Sequence record: SRR33789315_42
Reading direction: 5' to 3' (one strand)
Length of the DNA: 40,668 nt
The notes beneath the pieces were generated by a model, which was not told where the DNA came from, ran no database searches, and was given only the letters and a program-made list of their open reading frames with translations. Both the position numbers and the translations under genes were made by a program. Each line of letters opens with the position of its first letter. Within the stretch, counting starts at the first letter, position 1. Below are positions 1 through 9,149 of this stretch, in pieces.

Positions 1-26
1 GGGTTCGAGTCCCTCCATCCGCACCA
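1..26 (+). tRNA. 3' end of a host tRNA, probably tRNA-Leu (truncated by window edge)
   Basis: GGGTTCGAGTCCC T-arm followed by TCCATCCGCACCA acceptor strand ending in encoded CCA. The ...CCGCACCA end resembles gammaproteobacterial tRNA-Leu. The anticodon is not visible. Confidence 0.8.
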
Positions 27-33
27 TATAAAT

Positions 34-74
34 AAAGGGCTGTAACGAATTAAGCGTTTCAGCCCTTTTTTTTT
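34..74 (+). terminator. Rho-independent terminator of the tRNA transcript
   Basis: AAAGGGCTG(T)AACG...CGTT(T)CAGCCC hairpin followed by T9. Confidence 0.85.
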
Positions 75-76
75 GG
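72..76. repeat. 5-bp target-site duplication, left copy (TTTGG)
   Basis: Identical to 40520-40524. A 5-bp TSD is the Mu transposition signature. Confidence 0.9.
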
Positions 77-87
77 TGTAGCCGCTC

Positions 88-156
88 GGGTAGTTTGATA
101 AATAGCGCGGGGTAGTTTGATAAACACTGAACCCAAAACGCGGGGTAGTTTGATAA
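88..156 (+). repeat. Three transposase-binding sites at the tail-side end (Mu R1-R3 equivalent)
   Basis: GGGTAGTTTGATAA at 88-101, 110-123 and 143-156, with inverted related copies at the other end. Confidence 0.85.
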
Positions 157-158
157 CA

Positions 159-950
159 TTAGTGGCTGGTGGATTGGGATTGGTGCTGCTTGTCTGTGGC
201 TGGTTTTAACGCTTCATTAGCCGCTGATTTGAGTAGTAAATCAATGGGTTTGCTAAAGTCTTGTTGGGTCTCGTTTGCTCTGTGTGTTAACTCTTGTGCC
301 GCGGCTAAGTAGTCATTGGCCAACTGATTATTGTTTGACTGTTGAATCATGCTTTTTATAGTATCAATACGCTGAACGATGCTATTTGATTTAGTGTAAT
401 TCTTAATATCAATTACGTTTAACAACTGTTTAAACACACCATTAAAACGCTTTAAACGGCTCGGGAATGGCACTAAAACACTGAATAGTATTATTCCATT
501 ATTTATATTGCTCACTACATTGCGAGCTGTCCATAGTGACCATGTTGACTCTTTATTAAAATTTGGTGTACTGCCACCATTTAGTGCAATTATGTTGCGA
601 TCGACATGCAGTACTAGATTTAAAATTACATCAATTGTTATACACAACATAATGATTTTAATTGCTGAGTAGAATGGCCAGTGATTAGCACGAGTTGACC
701 AATATAAAAACCCTACAATCAACGCATTAACAAAGGCCCAATAAAGGTAATAAATAGGCACAAGCGGGGATACATTAACAACGATTTGAGCGTACATGAT
801 CGCAGGTAGCGCAAAACCTACAACTAAAATCAAGTTTGTGTAATAAATGGGTTTGTTGTCTTTGCGCTGGACTGCATTAAAAATGAACGCTACTCCTAAA
901 AGTAGCGTCCATATATTATTGATCACAAACGCAGTGGCTAGAGATAGCAT
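159..950 (-). CDS. Uncharacterised polytopic membrane protein (~5 TM helices plus ~100-aa helical C-terminal tail)
   Basis: 263-aa ORF with hydrophobic segments at about aa 5-27, 35-57, 62-84, 92-115 and 143-162. Starts 4 nt after the stop of the upstream peptide gene. Confidence 0.8.
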   Translation of the reverse strand: MLSLATAFVINNIWTLLLGVAFIFNAVQRKDNKPIYYTNLILVVGFALPAIMYAQIVVNVSPLVPIYYLYWAFVNALIVGFLYWSTRANHWPFYSAIKIIMLCITIDVILNLVLHVDRNIIALNGGSTPNFNKESTWSLWTARNVVSNINNGIILFSVLVPFPSRLKRFNGVFKQLLNVIDIKNYTKSNSIVQRIDTIKSMIQQSNNNQLANDYLAAAQELTHRANETQQDFSKPIDLLLKSAANEALKPATDKQHQSQSTSH

Positions 951-954
951 GACG

Positions 955-1149
955 TTATGCTGGGTCGCCGCCAGAGCCTGAACCTGGCTTTGCTGCGCTA
1001 GATAATGCGATAGCTTCAGCTGACAAGGTTACACTATCAGTTGTGCTTGGGGGCTGATTTGCTGGGTCGCCACCGCTGCCACTGCCTGCCGGTGTAGGCA
1101 CAGGTTTAGTGGGTGGTACTGCACTTGGCTTTACATTATTAACTTCCAT
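955..1149 (-). CDS. Small Pro/Gly/Ser-rich peptide with two GSGSGGDPA repeats
   Basis: ORF 955..1161. The likelier start is ATG 1149, preceded by GGAG, giving 64 aa. The repeat is conserved at protein level with different codons. Confidence 0.8.
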   Translation of the reverse strand: MEVNNVKPSAVPPTKPVPTPAGSGSGGDPANQPPSTTDSVTLSAEAIALSSAAKPGSGSGGDPA

Positions 1150-1369
1150 TTTTATCTCCAATAATCCTCACTACCAAACTAGATTAGACTACACTTTTTT
1201 GGAAATTTAAATACCCGCGGTTAATTTATGCTCAAATCTGCTATTTTACAATGAGGGTATAAGGTGCTCGTATTCATGCACTATAAATTCGTAGATGCAG
1301 TTGTTAATATTTAAGACACTATAAATCCCGCTGATTTATTTTTTACTCAAAATACTAGGTATTAAAAAA

Positions 1370-2134
1370 ATGAAAACGTGCATATATTGCAATGTAGTTA
1401 TTGATAAAACCAATAGGAGTAACGAGCATGTTTTACCAAAGTGGTTATTTAAGCACCTGGATGCTCGCAAAGTAGAATTGGGGTTTCTTGAGGTTAGCAG
1501 CAAACAATTAACAGCTAGGCGATCGCGCCCATCACCGAATAGCTTGCGTTATAAAATATGTAATAAGTGCAACAATGAATGGCTTAGTCAAATCGATAAG
1601 TCTTGCATTGGCTTAGTTAAATTTTTATGTGATGGTGAAATAAATTCCGTTGAGGGGCGTTATGGTGAGGACGATTTTATTAGGCTTGCGACTTTTCTAT
1701 ATAAAATATTTCTCAACTTTTTTGCAACATCTTCGTTCGATTTAAAATCTAAGAAACATCTATATGAAAACTTTAAGGAAACTAAAACGCACCCTAAAGA
1801 TGTGGTTTTGTTGAATTCGCCTGGAATCTCTAATACACCCCTAGATATTGCGCATAGTGATATGTGGGAAACTGACTTGGTTAGTTATAACCATGCGACC
1901 GTTATCAAAGAACATGATAGTTTTAAGTTCTTTATACAGATGGGTGACTCAGCTTTTATATTAGCTAAAACACCATTAAAAGGTAAAAAAATCATTGTTG
2001 ATAATTCTTATTTTGTGCCAATAGTTGGGATTGAGCATTGCCGCCATGAATCCATCCCATTAAACAAACCAAGACCACCTATAAAGGATACTATTATTAA
2101 TCGATTTTTACATTCGATTCATTGTGATGTTTGA
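1370..2134 (+). CDS. HNH-type Zn-binding nuclease-domain protein (AT-rich moron)
   Basis: CIYC...SNEHVLPKW...ICNKCNN = CxxC/EH/CxxCN pattern of HNH endonucleases. Opposite strand to the tail operon. Confidence 0.7.
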   Translation: MKTCIYCNVVIDKTNRSNEHVLPKWLFKHLDARKVELGFLEVSSKQLTARRSRPSPNSLRYKICNKCNNEWLSQIDKSCIGLVKFLCDGEINSVEGRYGEDDFIRLATFLYKIFLNFFATSSFDLKSKKHLYENFKETKTHPKDVVLLNSPGISNTPLDIAHSDMWETDLVSYNHATVIKEHDSFKFFIQMGDSAFILAKTPLKGKKIIVDNSYFVPIVGIEHCRHESIPLNKPRPPIKDTIINRFLHSIHCDV

Positions 2135-2152
2135 TTTTAATGTATTAACTCT

Positions 2153-4621
2153 CTAAATCCCTCTAAGAAAAGCTTCGTATTTTGGCACTACGTAATCCAT
2201 GCCAGCTTCATTTAAGTGATAAGTGTCGCCAAGTGTTATTGCTGCTATCTGTGCGGCATTACTCCAGTCAACACTACCGTTTGTCAAATTGTCGAATACA
2301 GGTATAGAGTGATCTCTGCAACGCTCAATAATTGCCGTGATATACGCTTTAACAGCTTCATTCCGTTTGTATGGCGTGATGAAAAAGACCTTTTTTGTTG
2401 GGTATTTATCAAGTAGGGCTTTACATGCGTCATTTAGCGCCCCTTTGAACGTTTCCTCCCCGTTAGCAAAGCTGTCACTATCTGTCCCAATTGGGATAAC
2501 GGCTGTTTGATCATTCGTGCCAGCAAACAGACCAACAAAATCAGCGTCATCATCCATTGCGTCGATACGATTTAACACTGATAGTCCAGCAGCGTTATCA
2601 TTGGTTAATTGGGTGCCGTTAATTCCATAGTTAACCCACGTCATGTTGTTTCTAGCCGCTATTTTAGCGCCCCACACTTGTGCTGATGTGAGGGTATGTC
2701 CTCGCACCATCGAATCGCCATTTACTATTAATTTTTTACCGTAAAGTGGGTTTTTACTATTAACATAGTCAACCACAGTTGCTAGGGCTGTAGTTTGCTC
2801 TGTGTCAGTGACAAAATCCGTAGTAGCGGAAGCAATTGCAGTATCAACTTCTGTTGATGTCATCAATTCATCTGATAACGCTGCTATTGCCGCTTCAATA
2901 TCACCCGTGGTGATAAAATCACTGATCATCTGTGCTACTTTTTCATAAGTCACAGTGTTGTTTTCGAGCTGTTTTCCACTAATAAAAGACTCGGGAATAT
3001 AGTCATTCTTTATAATACTTCCCGTACCATTATCCCTAAACAGACCTCCCGCGACAGGCGCATTAATTGTAGGTTGGCCGTTTAGCGTTAGCGCAAATAA
3101 ACTATGTTTAAATGCGGTCAATGCAGCTGGGCTTGACAATTCAACACCAACATAGGCGTGCAGATATCTAAAGCTGCTGGCAGTAAAATTAGTTGATAGG
3201 GTATACGTTTGAGTTGGGGCATCATACGTACCCAGGGCAAATGTTGCAGTTTGAGTGCCGGTGATATCAGCGGGCGTTGCAACGTCATTTTGAAAAAACA
3301 GGACGTTTAATGATGCAGCGTTAGTGTCATCACAATACATTTTAAATGATAGCGTAAATGCTTGGCCGCTGGTTACCGTTAGCCCCACTAAATCAAACAC
3401 ATAGTCGGTTTGAACTTTTGTGGTGTTGACTGTATTACCACTTGCGACAACATTATATGTTTCTTTAAGAACATGCAGTTCGTTAATTTGCGCTATGCCT
3501 GCATCGTTAATTAATGCTTTGCTGCGAGCGATAAAATCAACTACAGATTTATTTGTAATACCCGATATACCCGCGCTAAACGCTTCGAACGTGCTAACTG
3601 TACTGCCTAACTCTAACTGAAATGTAGCGCGATAATCACGGGCTAAAACAACCACATTTATCCAAATTTGTGTGCAGTTGTCTGGGGTCGTAAATTGTTT
3701 ACCTGCGGGGCTTGCGTTAGCCAATCCCGCTTGACTGACCGCGCTTAGTTGCACATTGCTCGCATCGTAAAACCCCAGTAAACCAACTTGGGATGGAGTA
3801 TACGCTGCATCTGCATGACTAAAACAATATAATGTGTTGGGGGCGACGGGTATTTTAGCTAATACCCAGCCAGCATTTGCACCCACAACGCCAACATTAT
3901 TTATACCAATGTTGGGGGTATCCATCAAATCAGACGAATAGAGGTTTACACCTGTACCCGTTATTGTTAGTGCATTATAAACAGTTGCACCGCTTAGGGC
4001 ATCTGGATTGCCGACTGCAATCTCACCCACTGCTAAATCTGCATCTTTTGCGTATGCTGTTCCGCTCACCCAATGATAATACCCATTTTTAGATGGGTCG
4101 GGGTCGTTAGTGACTTTATATGATGTAACCTGCTCTGCGATGTTAGCAGGCGTATAGGCATCAAGTAAATCGTAGGTTGTAAATGCAATTAACCCTCCCC
4201 GCTGACCTAAGATAAGGGAGTTTAAAGTGCCTTGCACCGTTCCCCCTCTCGATTCCCCAATTTTAGCTGCACCCGTGCTAAGGGTTAACGAGTCGTAACC
4301 CGCAAAATGCGCTTGCAATTCAGTGCCCGAAGCAACAAGTGCATCTATTTGGCCCGTAGCTTTGGCCACAGCGCCCGCCGCACTCACGGGTATCGTTTGC
4401 ACTGAGCAAGGCGAAGCAGTTACTGTTGCAGCATCCCAATTACTTGTAAGTGTAAGTTGTCGAGCGCCGTTATTAATTGACTCGATTTCACGGGGGCGAG
4501 TACTGCTCTCAATAAAGGCAACATTACCCGCAGCGATACCTGTCATCGACTCAGCGCTGTTTATTTGCAGTATTTTACTGCTCGTTTCGATAGCGACACT
4601 TGCAAAGTTTAAAATCGTCAT
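2153..4621 (-). CDS. Tail fibre/spike with C-terminal SGNH/GDSL hydrolase domain
   Basis: Last gene of the tail operon. SGNH blocks NGDS, GINGT, AGTND and DTYHLN. ATG 4621 preferred over TTG 4627. Confidence 0.8.
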   Translation of the reverse strand: MTILNFASVAIETSSKILQINSAESMTGIAAGNVAFIESSTRPREIESINNGARQLTLTSNWDAATVTASPCSVQTIPVSAAGAVAKATGQIDALVASGTELQAHFAGYDSLTLSTGAAKIGESRGGTVQGTLNSLILGQRGGLIAFTTYDLLDAYTPANIAEQVTSYKVTNDPDPSKNGYYHWVSGTAYAKDADLAVGEIAVGNPDALSGATVYNALTITGTGVNLYSSDLMDTPNIGINNVGVVGANAGWVLAKIPVAPNTLYCFSHADAAYTPSQVGLLGFYDASNVQLSAVSQAGLANASPAGKQFTTPDNCTQIWINVVVLARDYRATFQLELGSTVSTFEAFSAGISGITNKSVVDFIARSKALINDAGIAQINELHVLKETYNVVASGNTVNTTKVQTDYVFDLVGLTVTSGQAFTLSFKMYCDDTNAASLNVLFFQNDVATPADITGTQTATFALGTYDAPTQTYTLSTNFTASSFRYLHAYVGVELSSPAALTAFKHSLFALTLNGQPTINAPVAGGLFRDNGTGSIIKNDYIPESFISGKQLENNTVTYEKVAQMISDFITTGDIEAAIAALSDELMTSTEVDTAIASATTDFVTDTEQTTALATVVDYVNSKNPLYGKKLIVNGDSMVRGHTLTSAQVWGAKIAARNNMTWVNYGINGTQLTNDNAAGLSVLNRIDAMDDDADFVGLFAGTNDQTAVIPIGTDSDSFANGEETFKGALNDACKALLDKYPTKKVFFITPYKRNEAVKAYITAIIERCRDHSIPVFDNLTNGSVDWSNAAQIAAITLGDTYHLNEAGMDYVVPKYEAFLRGI

Positions 4622-4630
4622 AATCAATCT

Positions 4631-7600
4631 CTATGGTATGTATGAGTAGGGATATCTATTTGTATCCGAGGGGTAAACAGTGGAATTTGTGGGTGTGCTG
4701 TTGTTATCAGTCGTTATTGTATGGGGCGCACGAATCGATTCTGGTCCATTAAAAAAAGTGTATTTTGCGGATATTGATAGTGGCCTACCCGCCGCTGTAA
4801 CTGCGGTTGCGACCACTTTGATTTGCAATGTTTGCCAAGCAATTGCAACCGTGGTGTATCTATACATCAGCGGCACACTGCCATAATCGACGATTTCATC
4901 ATCATTTAATGTGGTTGAATAAATCAATAATTCGTTATTGTGATAGTAATCAGCGGGATTAACCGTTTCATACGTGACGTATAGGTCAACTGTAGTTTTT
5001 TCTTGCTGACTACTGTCGGTACTGCACAAAATTTCAATGAGTACATCAACTTTATAATTAGCCGCTCGATTTGGGTGAAATTCATATTCCGCACCGTATT
5101 GCGGCCCAACAAGTTTGGGGGGCAATAAGTTTCGATTTTCTCGAACGCTGCTATTTGTAAATGCAAAATCATTAACAGCGATGGGCGCGAGTCGGCGGGC
5201 AGCAGTGAGCAAAACGGCAGAACTCGGCGCTAATGCGCTGGCAGTTAACAACCCCCTTATTGTACGGTCACCGCCGTCAAAAAATTCATTTGTGGCAGTA
5301 ATACATTGGTAACTGTTGGCAATCGTCATTGCACTAGGATTAGCTTTACCATCGCCACCAACAATTTTTGGCCCGCGCCACAGTACTAAACTATCAGGGC
5401 CAAATGGGGTGCTCGATTTATACTCAGTAAAATCATTACTGCCGGTACCCACCATTTCGTAAATGGGCGCTGATACTTTGCCGTAAAATTCACCTGCGCC
5501 ATAAAACTCAAATATGCCAGTACTTGTATTTAAGCCAAGGTAAACGTTACCCATTAAATCAACAATTTTGAAATTTTCAGTAGCCATAGTGATATTACTT
5601 GATGTTTCACTGCCTTCAATAAACATACCTGTGAGTCTGCCTGCAACATCGATGGCAAAATGTATTCTGCCCTCCAATTCACCCGTTTTTGTTTCGAGTG
5701 CTTGAAAAAATGAGTAGACGGAAATAGATTCATCATCAGCATTAACTAAACGTAATTCGTTAAATGCTCTAGCGTATAATGCCCCTTCTATCCAATCTCC
5801 CGCTTCATCTTCGTAGCCGAACCCAACTTCTTTAAATTCAGTGATTTGGGCACTAACTGACTTATCACCCACTTTTGATTCAACCCGCAAAATCTCTAAG
5901 CTGCTCGCTGCATTAGCTGCATATGAACCGATGTAGCGCGTGAATAAAAAATCGATTTCATCATTGGATTTACCCGCTAACTCGTTGACTAAATCAATGT
6001 CGTTTGTGATCCCGCTAATCGTATCTAACATGGATTGCGGTAATCCTGGCAACGTAATGCCCGCGATTAATTCAGGTGTCACAACCGTGCTATCAAGCCC
6101 AATTAAATTTGGTATCACCACTTGCACCCAGTTCGGATCAACTAAGTCGACTTCGGTGATTCTGTACCACAAATACAGTGTGCCGTTTTGCGGCGTTTCG
6201 GTCACGGTAACGGCATTGCCGTTATTCAGTTGTATTGAGTTGGCAAAATCATCGCTAAACAAATAACGCCATTGATACGTTGCAGCGCTGTTGGGTAAGT
6301 CGGGGCCAACCACATGCACGCGCCCTGGCAATACATCTTTTTTTAATGCGGTAGTGGGGGTGGTGGGTAAGCCCACGTTAAACACTAATGCAGTGCCCAC
6401 ACTGCGGCGTTCAAAGCGGTTTTCGGCACTAATCGCGGCGATGTAACTGCCCGCGGGTAAGGTGCTTATATCCAGCTCTTGGGCGATTGGGTATCCACTT
6501 TGATAAAAATCGTCGGCAGGGTTTTTCGTAATCAGTGCAATATATCGGCGCACGGCGGCGGGCACTGGGTGCGACCAACTTAAAAAGCCCTGGCGAAAAC
6601 TGTCGGCGGGGGTGGCGGTAAACGCTAGCGTTGTGGGTTGGTCGATAGTGGTGGTATCGGGTAACGCGGCGTTAGCCGGCGCAGGTACTTCAACGGCGGT
6701 AAAGTCGTCGGGATAAATTAACGGGTTTTCTTCTTCTAGCGAGATTAAGGTTTGTTTGTTAGTGACATCAAAACGGGGGTTTTGCACAATAAATTCACGG
6801 CTGATACCGGTTTCCGCATCATCAAATTGCACTACGCTGCCTGGCACGGCATCGAGGCGGATCCCTTTGAGGGTTGCTTCACCAATAAACCCCGCGCGGT
6901 TGCGCTGCAAGTGTAAATTCAGTAAGCGCTGGGCATTTGTGCTGCGATTAACTAACAGTAATTTTAAGTTAGCTTCTAAAATTGCACCATCTTTGTCGGC
7001 TGCTTGGAGGGCTTTATTTTCGACAACGGGGCAATCGGTTTGCTGATAGTTACGATCGCATGCAACGTATTCGCCACGCACTAAGTTGCAGCGCTCACGT
7101 TCTGGGCGGTGGGGCTGGTAAGTGGGTTGCTCAATAAAATCAGCGGGGGTTAAGCTTACGGTTGCTGGCCCCCCGTACATAGCCGGTTTGATGTATATGC
7201 GGCCACTTGGACGGTATGGGGTTGCGCCCATGGTGTCTAGGATATATTTAAGGCCATCGCCTGGGCGCATGGCATTATTCAATGCGCCGTTGCAGGTAAA
7301 ACGTTTTTCGGTTTGAGGGTTACCGCTCGCGTCGGTATAGCTTGCTGATTCGTCGCAATGGTTGGCGGCGAGGGCGACAAAATTCCACGGTATGCGGCGG
7401 GTCGGGATAGGGCGATAGCCGTAATTCATTACCCAATCGTAACTGCATAATATTGAGTTGTCGCTCCACTCCCAGCTTGTTTGGTCGTTTAAGCGATGGC
7501 TACCGCTGCCGCCTGCCGTTGTATCTAGACGCGGATCATAAAGTGGTTTGCCACGCACTTTAAATTTAATCTCTTTGATCCCTTGAGGGAACTTTTCGGC

Positions 7601-8101
7601 GTTTTCTTCAATTTTTAAATAGGCGTTGGTGAGATCAAACCCAATGTGGTCATTTGTCCAGCCATCAATGTAGGTGTTTGCTAGTGTGTTGGCGGTCGTT
7701 TGGGTGCCAAGGTGATATTGGGCGGTTACGTAGCCGCCCAGTTCTGCGAGCGGGATCCCTTCAATCTGGTAAATCTCAACAGCATCACAGTGGTGGCCTG
7801 CTAAATGGATAGCAAATATATGGTATTTTTTATCGCCAATGGTGGGATTGGCATAGCCGATGATTTGGCCACCGATTACTGCTTCGCCATAGATTATTTT
7901 GCGCGGCTGGTTAGCACTGGTAACAATTTGTTGATCAGCGGCGGGGTTTACTGCGCCTAAGTCGTAGTCGGGGGTAAGTGCGTCGCCTAGGTATTTAACG
8001 GCGGCAGCGGCACCAATGCCAATAGCCCCAGCCAATACTAGGCCAGCCCCAAAAAAGGCAGCAGCTCCCCCTGCGGCAACGGCAATAAGTACGGGAGGCA
8101 C
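4631..8101 (-). CDS. Tail tip / host-specificity protein (lambda J-like central fibre)
   Basis: 1156 aa with PRKIIYGEA, VRGKPLYDPR and WSDNSILCSYDW motifs and Fn3-like middle region. Follows tape measure and hub genes. Confidence 0.85.
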   Translation of the reverse strand: MPPVLIAVAAGGAAAFFGAGLVLAGAIGIGAAAAVKYLGDALTPDYDLGAVNPAADQQIVTSANQPRKIIYGEAVIGGQIIGYANPTIGDKKYHIFAIHLAGHHCDAVEIYQIEGIPLAELGGYVTAQYHLGTQTTANTLANTYIDGWTNDHIGFDLTNAYLKIEENAEKFPQGIKEIKFKVRGKPLYDPRLDTTAGGSGSHRLNDQTSWEWSDNSILCSYDWVMNYGYRPIPTRRIPWNFVALAANHCDESASYTDASGNPQTEKRFTCNGALNNAMRPGDGLKYILDTMGATPYRPSGRIYIKPAMYGGPATVSLTPADFIEQPTYQPHRPERERCNLVRGEYVACDRNYQQTDCPVVENKALQAADKDGAILEANLKLLLVNRSTNAQRLLNLHLQRNRAGFIGEATLKGIRLDAVPGSVVQFDDAETGISREFIVQNPRFDVTNKQTLISLEEENPLIYPDDFTAVEVPAPANAALPDTTTIDQPTTLAFTATPADSFRQGFLSWSHPVPAAVRRYIALITKNPADDFYQSGYPIAQELDISTLPAGSYIAAISAENRFERRSVGTALVFNVGLPTTPTTALKKDVLPGRVHVVGPDLPNSAATYQWRYLFSDDFANSIQLNNGNAVTVTETPQNGTLYLWYRITEVDLVDPNWVQVVIPNLIGLDSTVVTPELIAGITLPGLPQSMLDTISGITNDIDLVNELAGKSNDEIDFLFTRYIGSYAANAASSLEILRVESKVGDKSVSAQITEFKEVGFGYEDEAGDWIEGALYARAFNELRLVNADDESISVYSFFQALETKTGELEGRIHFAIDVAGRLTGMFIEGSETSSNITMATENFKIVDLMGNVYLGLNTSTGIFEFYGAGEFYGKVSAPIYEMVGTGSNDFTEYKSSTPFGPDSLVLWRGPKIVGGDGKANPSAMTIANSYQCITATNEFFDGGDRTIRGLLTASALAPSSAVLLTAARRLAPIAVNDFAFTNSSVRENRNLLPPKLVGPQYGAEYEFHPNRAANYKVDVLIEILCSTDSSQQEKTTVDLYVTYETVNPADYYHNNELLIYSTTLNDDEIVDYGSVPLMYRYTTVAIAWQTLQIKVVATAVTAAGRPLSISAKYTFFNGPESIRAPHTITTDNNSTPTNSTVYPSDTNRYPYSYIP

Positions 8102-8526
8102 TAATTAGGCTCCTGCATGTTATCGACGTGCCAGCAGCCGATCACCTTTTTAAATGGCACGTTAACTAACCCATCTAAACCCACCGCCCAGACTGTGCCG
8201 CCACACATTATGCCTACGGCGTCGCCCAATTCGGTATTGATCAAGACTAAGTCACCACGGCCCGTGTTTAAACGGGGTTTAATGGGGCCAAAAACGTGAT
8301 TAAACGCGGTTTTAATGGTGCCGTCGCCATTGCGTTTAAGTGCGCGCGTTGCACCTAGTTGGGTGGTGTATTTATTGCGGTAAGCTATGCCAGGGTCTTG
8401 GCCTGTCATTACTACTACGCAGTTGCAGCCAAATAAACAGCAGTCATTTTTACCCCATTCAAACGGTTGCGTTTTTAAACTATTCAAGTAAGCCACTAAG
8501 CGCGGTTGCCAGTCGATTAATTTCAT
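8101..8526 (-). CDS. NlpC/P60-like tail assembly protein
   Basis: FEWGKNDCCLF and RGDLV motifs, lambda K-like position. Confidence 0.75.
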   Translation of the reverse strand: MKLIDWQPRLVAYLNSLKTQPFEWGKNDCCLFGCNCVVVMTGQDPGIAYRNKYTTQLGATRALKRNGDGTIKTAFNHVFGPIKPRLNTGRGDLVLINTELGDAVGIMCGGTVWAVGLDGLVNVPFKKVIGCWHVDNMQEPN

Positions 8527-9149
8527 GGGCGAATACCCCGCCCGCCTTGGTTGCGGTAGTTGGTATTATTTTTAACAGGTAACGACGCTAACGAACTGCT
8601 CGCAATCACTTCGGTTAAGTCAAAAATGCGATCACCTGGATGTAAGTTTTGTTGTGCGGCATCGGTGGTGCGGGCATTGCTGGGGGGTTGGTTCCAACGT
8701 TCTGACCAATCACCGCAGGTTAAACGCACAACATAGGGCAGGCCTTTGTCTACGTCGCCGCGTTTAATGCCGACTTTGGTAACGTTGCCGTCAAACACAT
8801 AGGGTATTTCGTGCTCAATGTGTTTGTACTCATCGAGTAGGGCTAAATGCACGGATATTTCGCAGCCCTCTAATGATTCATTCATCACCAAACTAATTAA
8901 GCTGGGGTCGTGTATTTTTAGGGTAAGCGGCAAGCTGGTAGGGCTAGAGCCGGTGTTTTCGGTAAAGTCGCCTACACCGCCCAGTTCGCCAATGCCGAGG
9001 TAGGTTTCGGACATAAAAACACGATCACCTAAACCGGTGTGACACATCACTCGGCCACTGCGGGCCACCAAATCAACAAACAATAAGGCACTCAGTTCGT
9101 CTTGATTTAGGGCATTGATAAGTTCGGGGCTTAGGCCGCGGTCGATCAT
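8523..9149 (-). CDS. Minor tail / baseplate hub protein
   Basis: YLGIGELG and QQNLHPGDRIFD motifs, located between distal tail and NlpC genes. Confidence 0.7.
   Translation of the reverse strand: MIDRGLSPELINALNQDELSALLFVDLVARSGRVMCHTGLGDRVFMSETYLGIGELGGVGDFTENTGSSPTSLPLTLKIHDPSLISLVMNESLEGCEISVHLALLDEYKHIEHEIPYVFDGNVTKVGIKRGDVDKGLPYVVRLTCGDWSERWNQPPSNARTTDAAQQNLHPGDRIFDLTEVIASSSLASLPVKNNTNYRNQGGRGIRP

Noticed and set aside
1-76. Integrase-type att site at the tRNA 3' end
   Set aside because: No tRNA 3' duplication at the other end and no tyrosine or serine integrase. TG...CA ends with a 5-bp duplication show transposition.
88-156. Short direct repeats as a CRISPR array
   Set aside because: The repeats are 14 bp with 8- and 19-bp gaps, no cas genes are present, and inverted copies at the far end identify them as transposase sites.
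955-1149. Peptide as a classical RiPP precursor
   Set aside because: No recognisable modifying enzyme (radical SAM, YcaO, ATP-grasp, lasso cyclase) or transporter in the window. Only the unknown membrane protein could act on it.
1179-1194. Partial match (CTA-N4-AGACTA-N-AC) to the late-promoter element upstream of the peptide gene
   Set aside because: Wrong orientation for the peptide gene and no -10 hexamer at the conserved spacing.
1150-1369. Sigma28 promoter for the FlgM-like peptide
   Set aside because: No GCCGATAA-like -10 element found on the minus strand.
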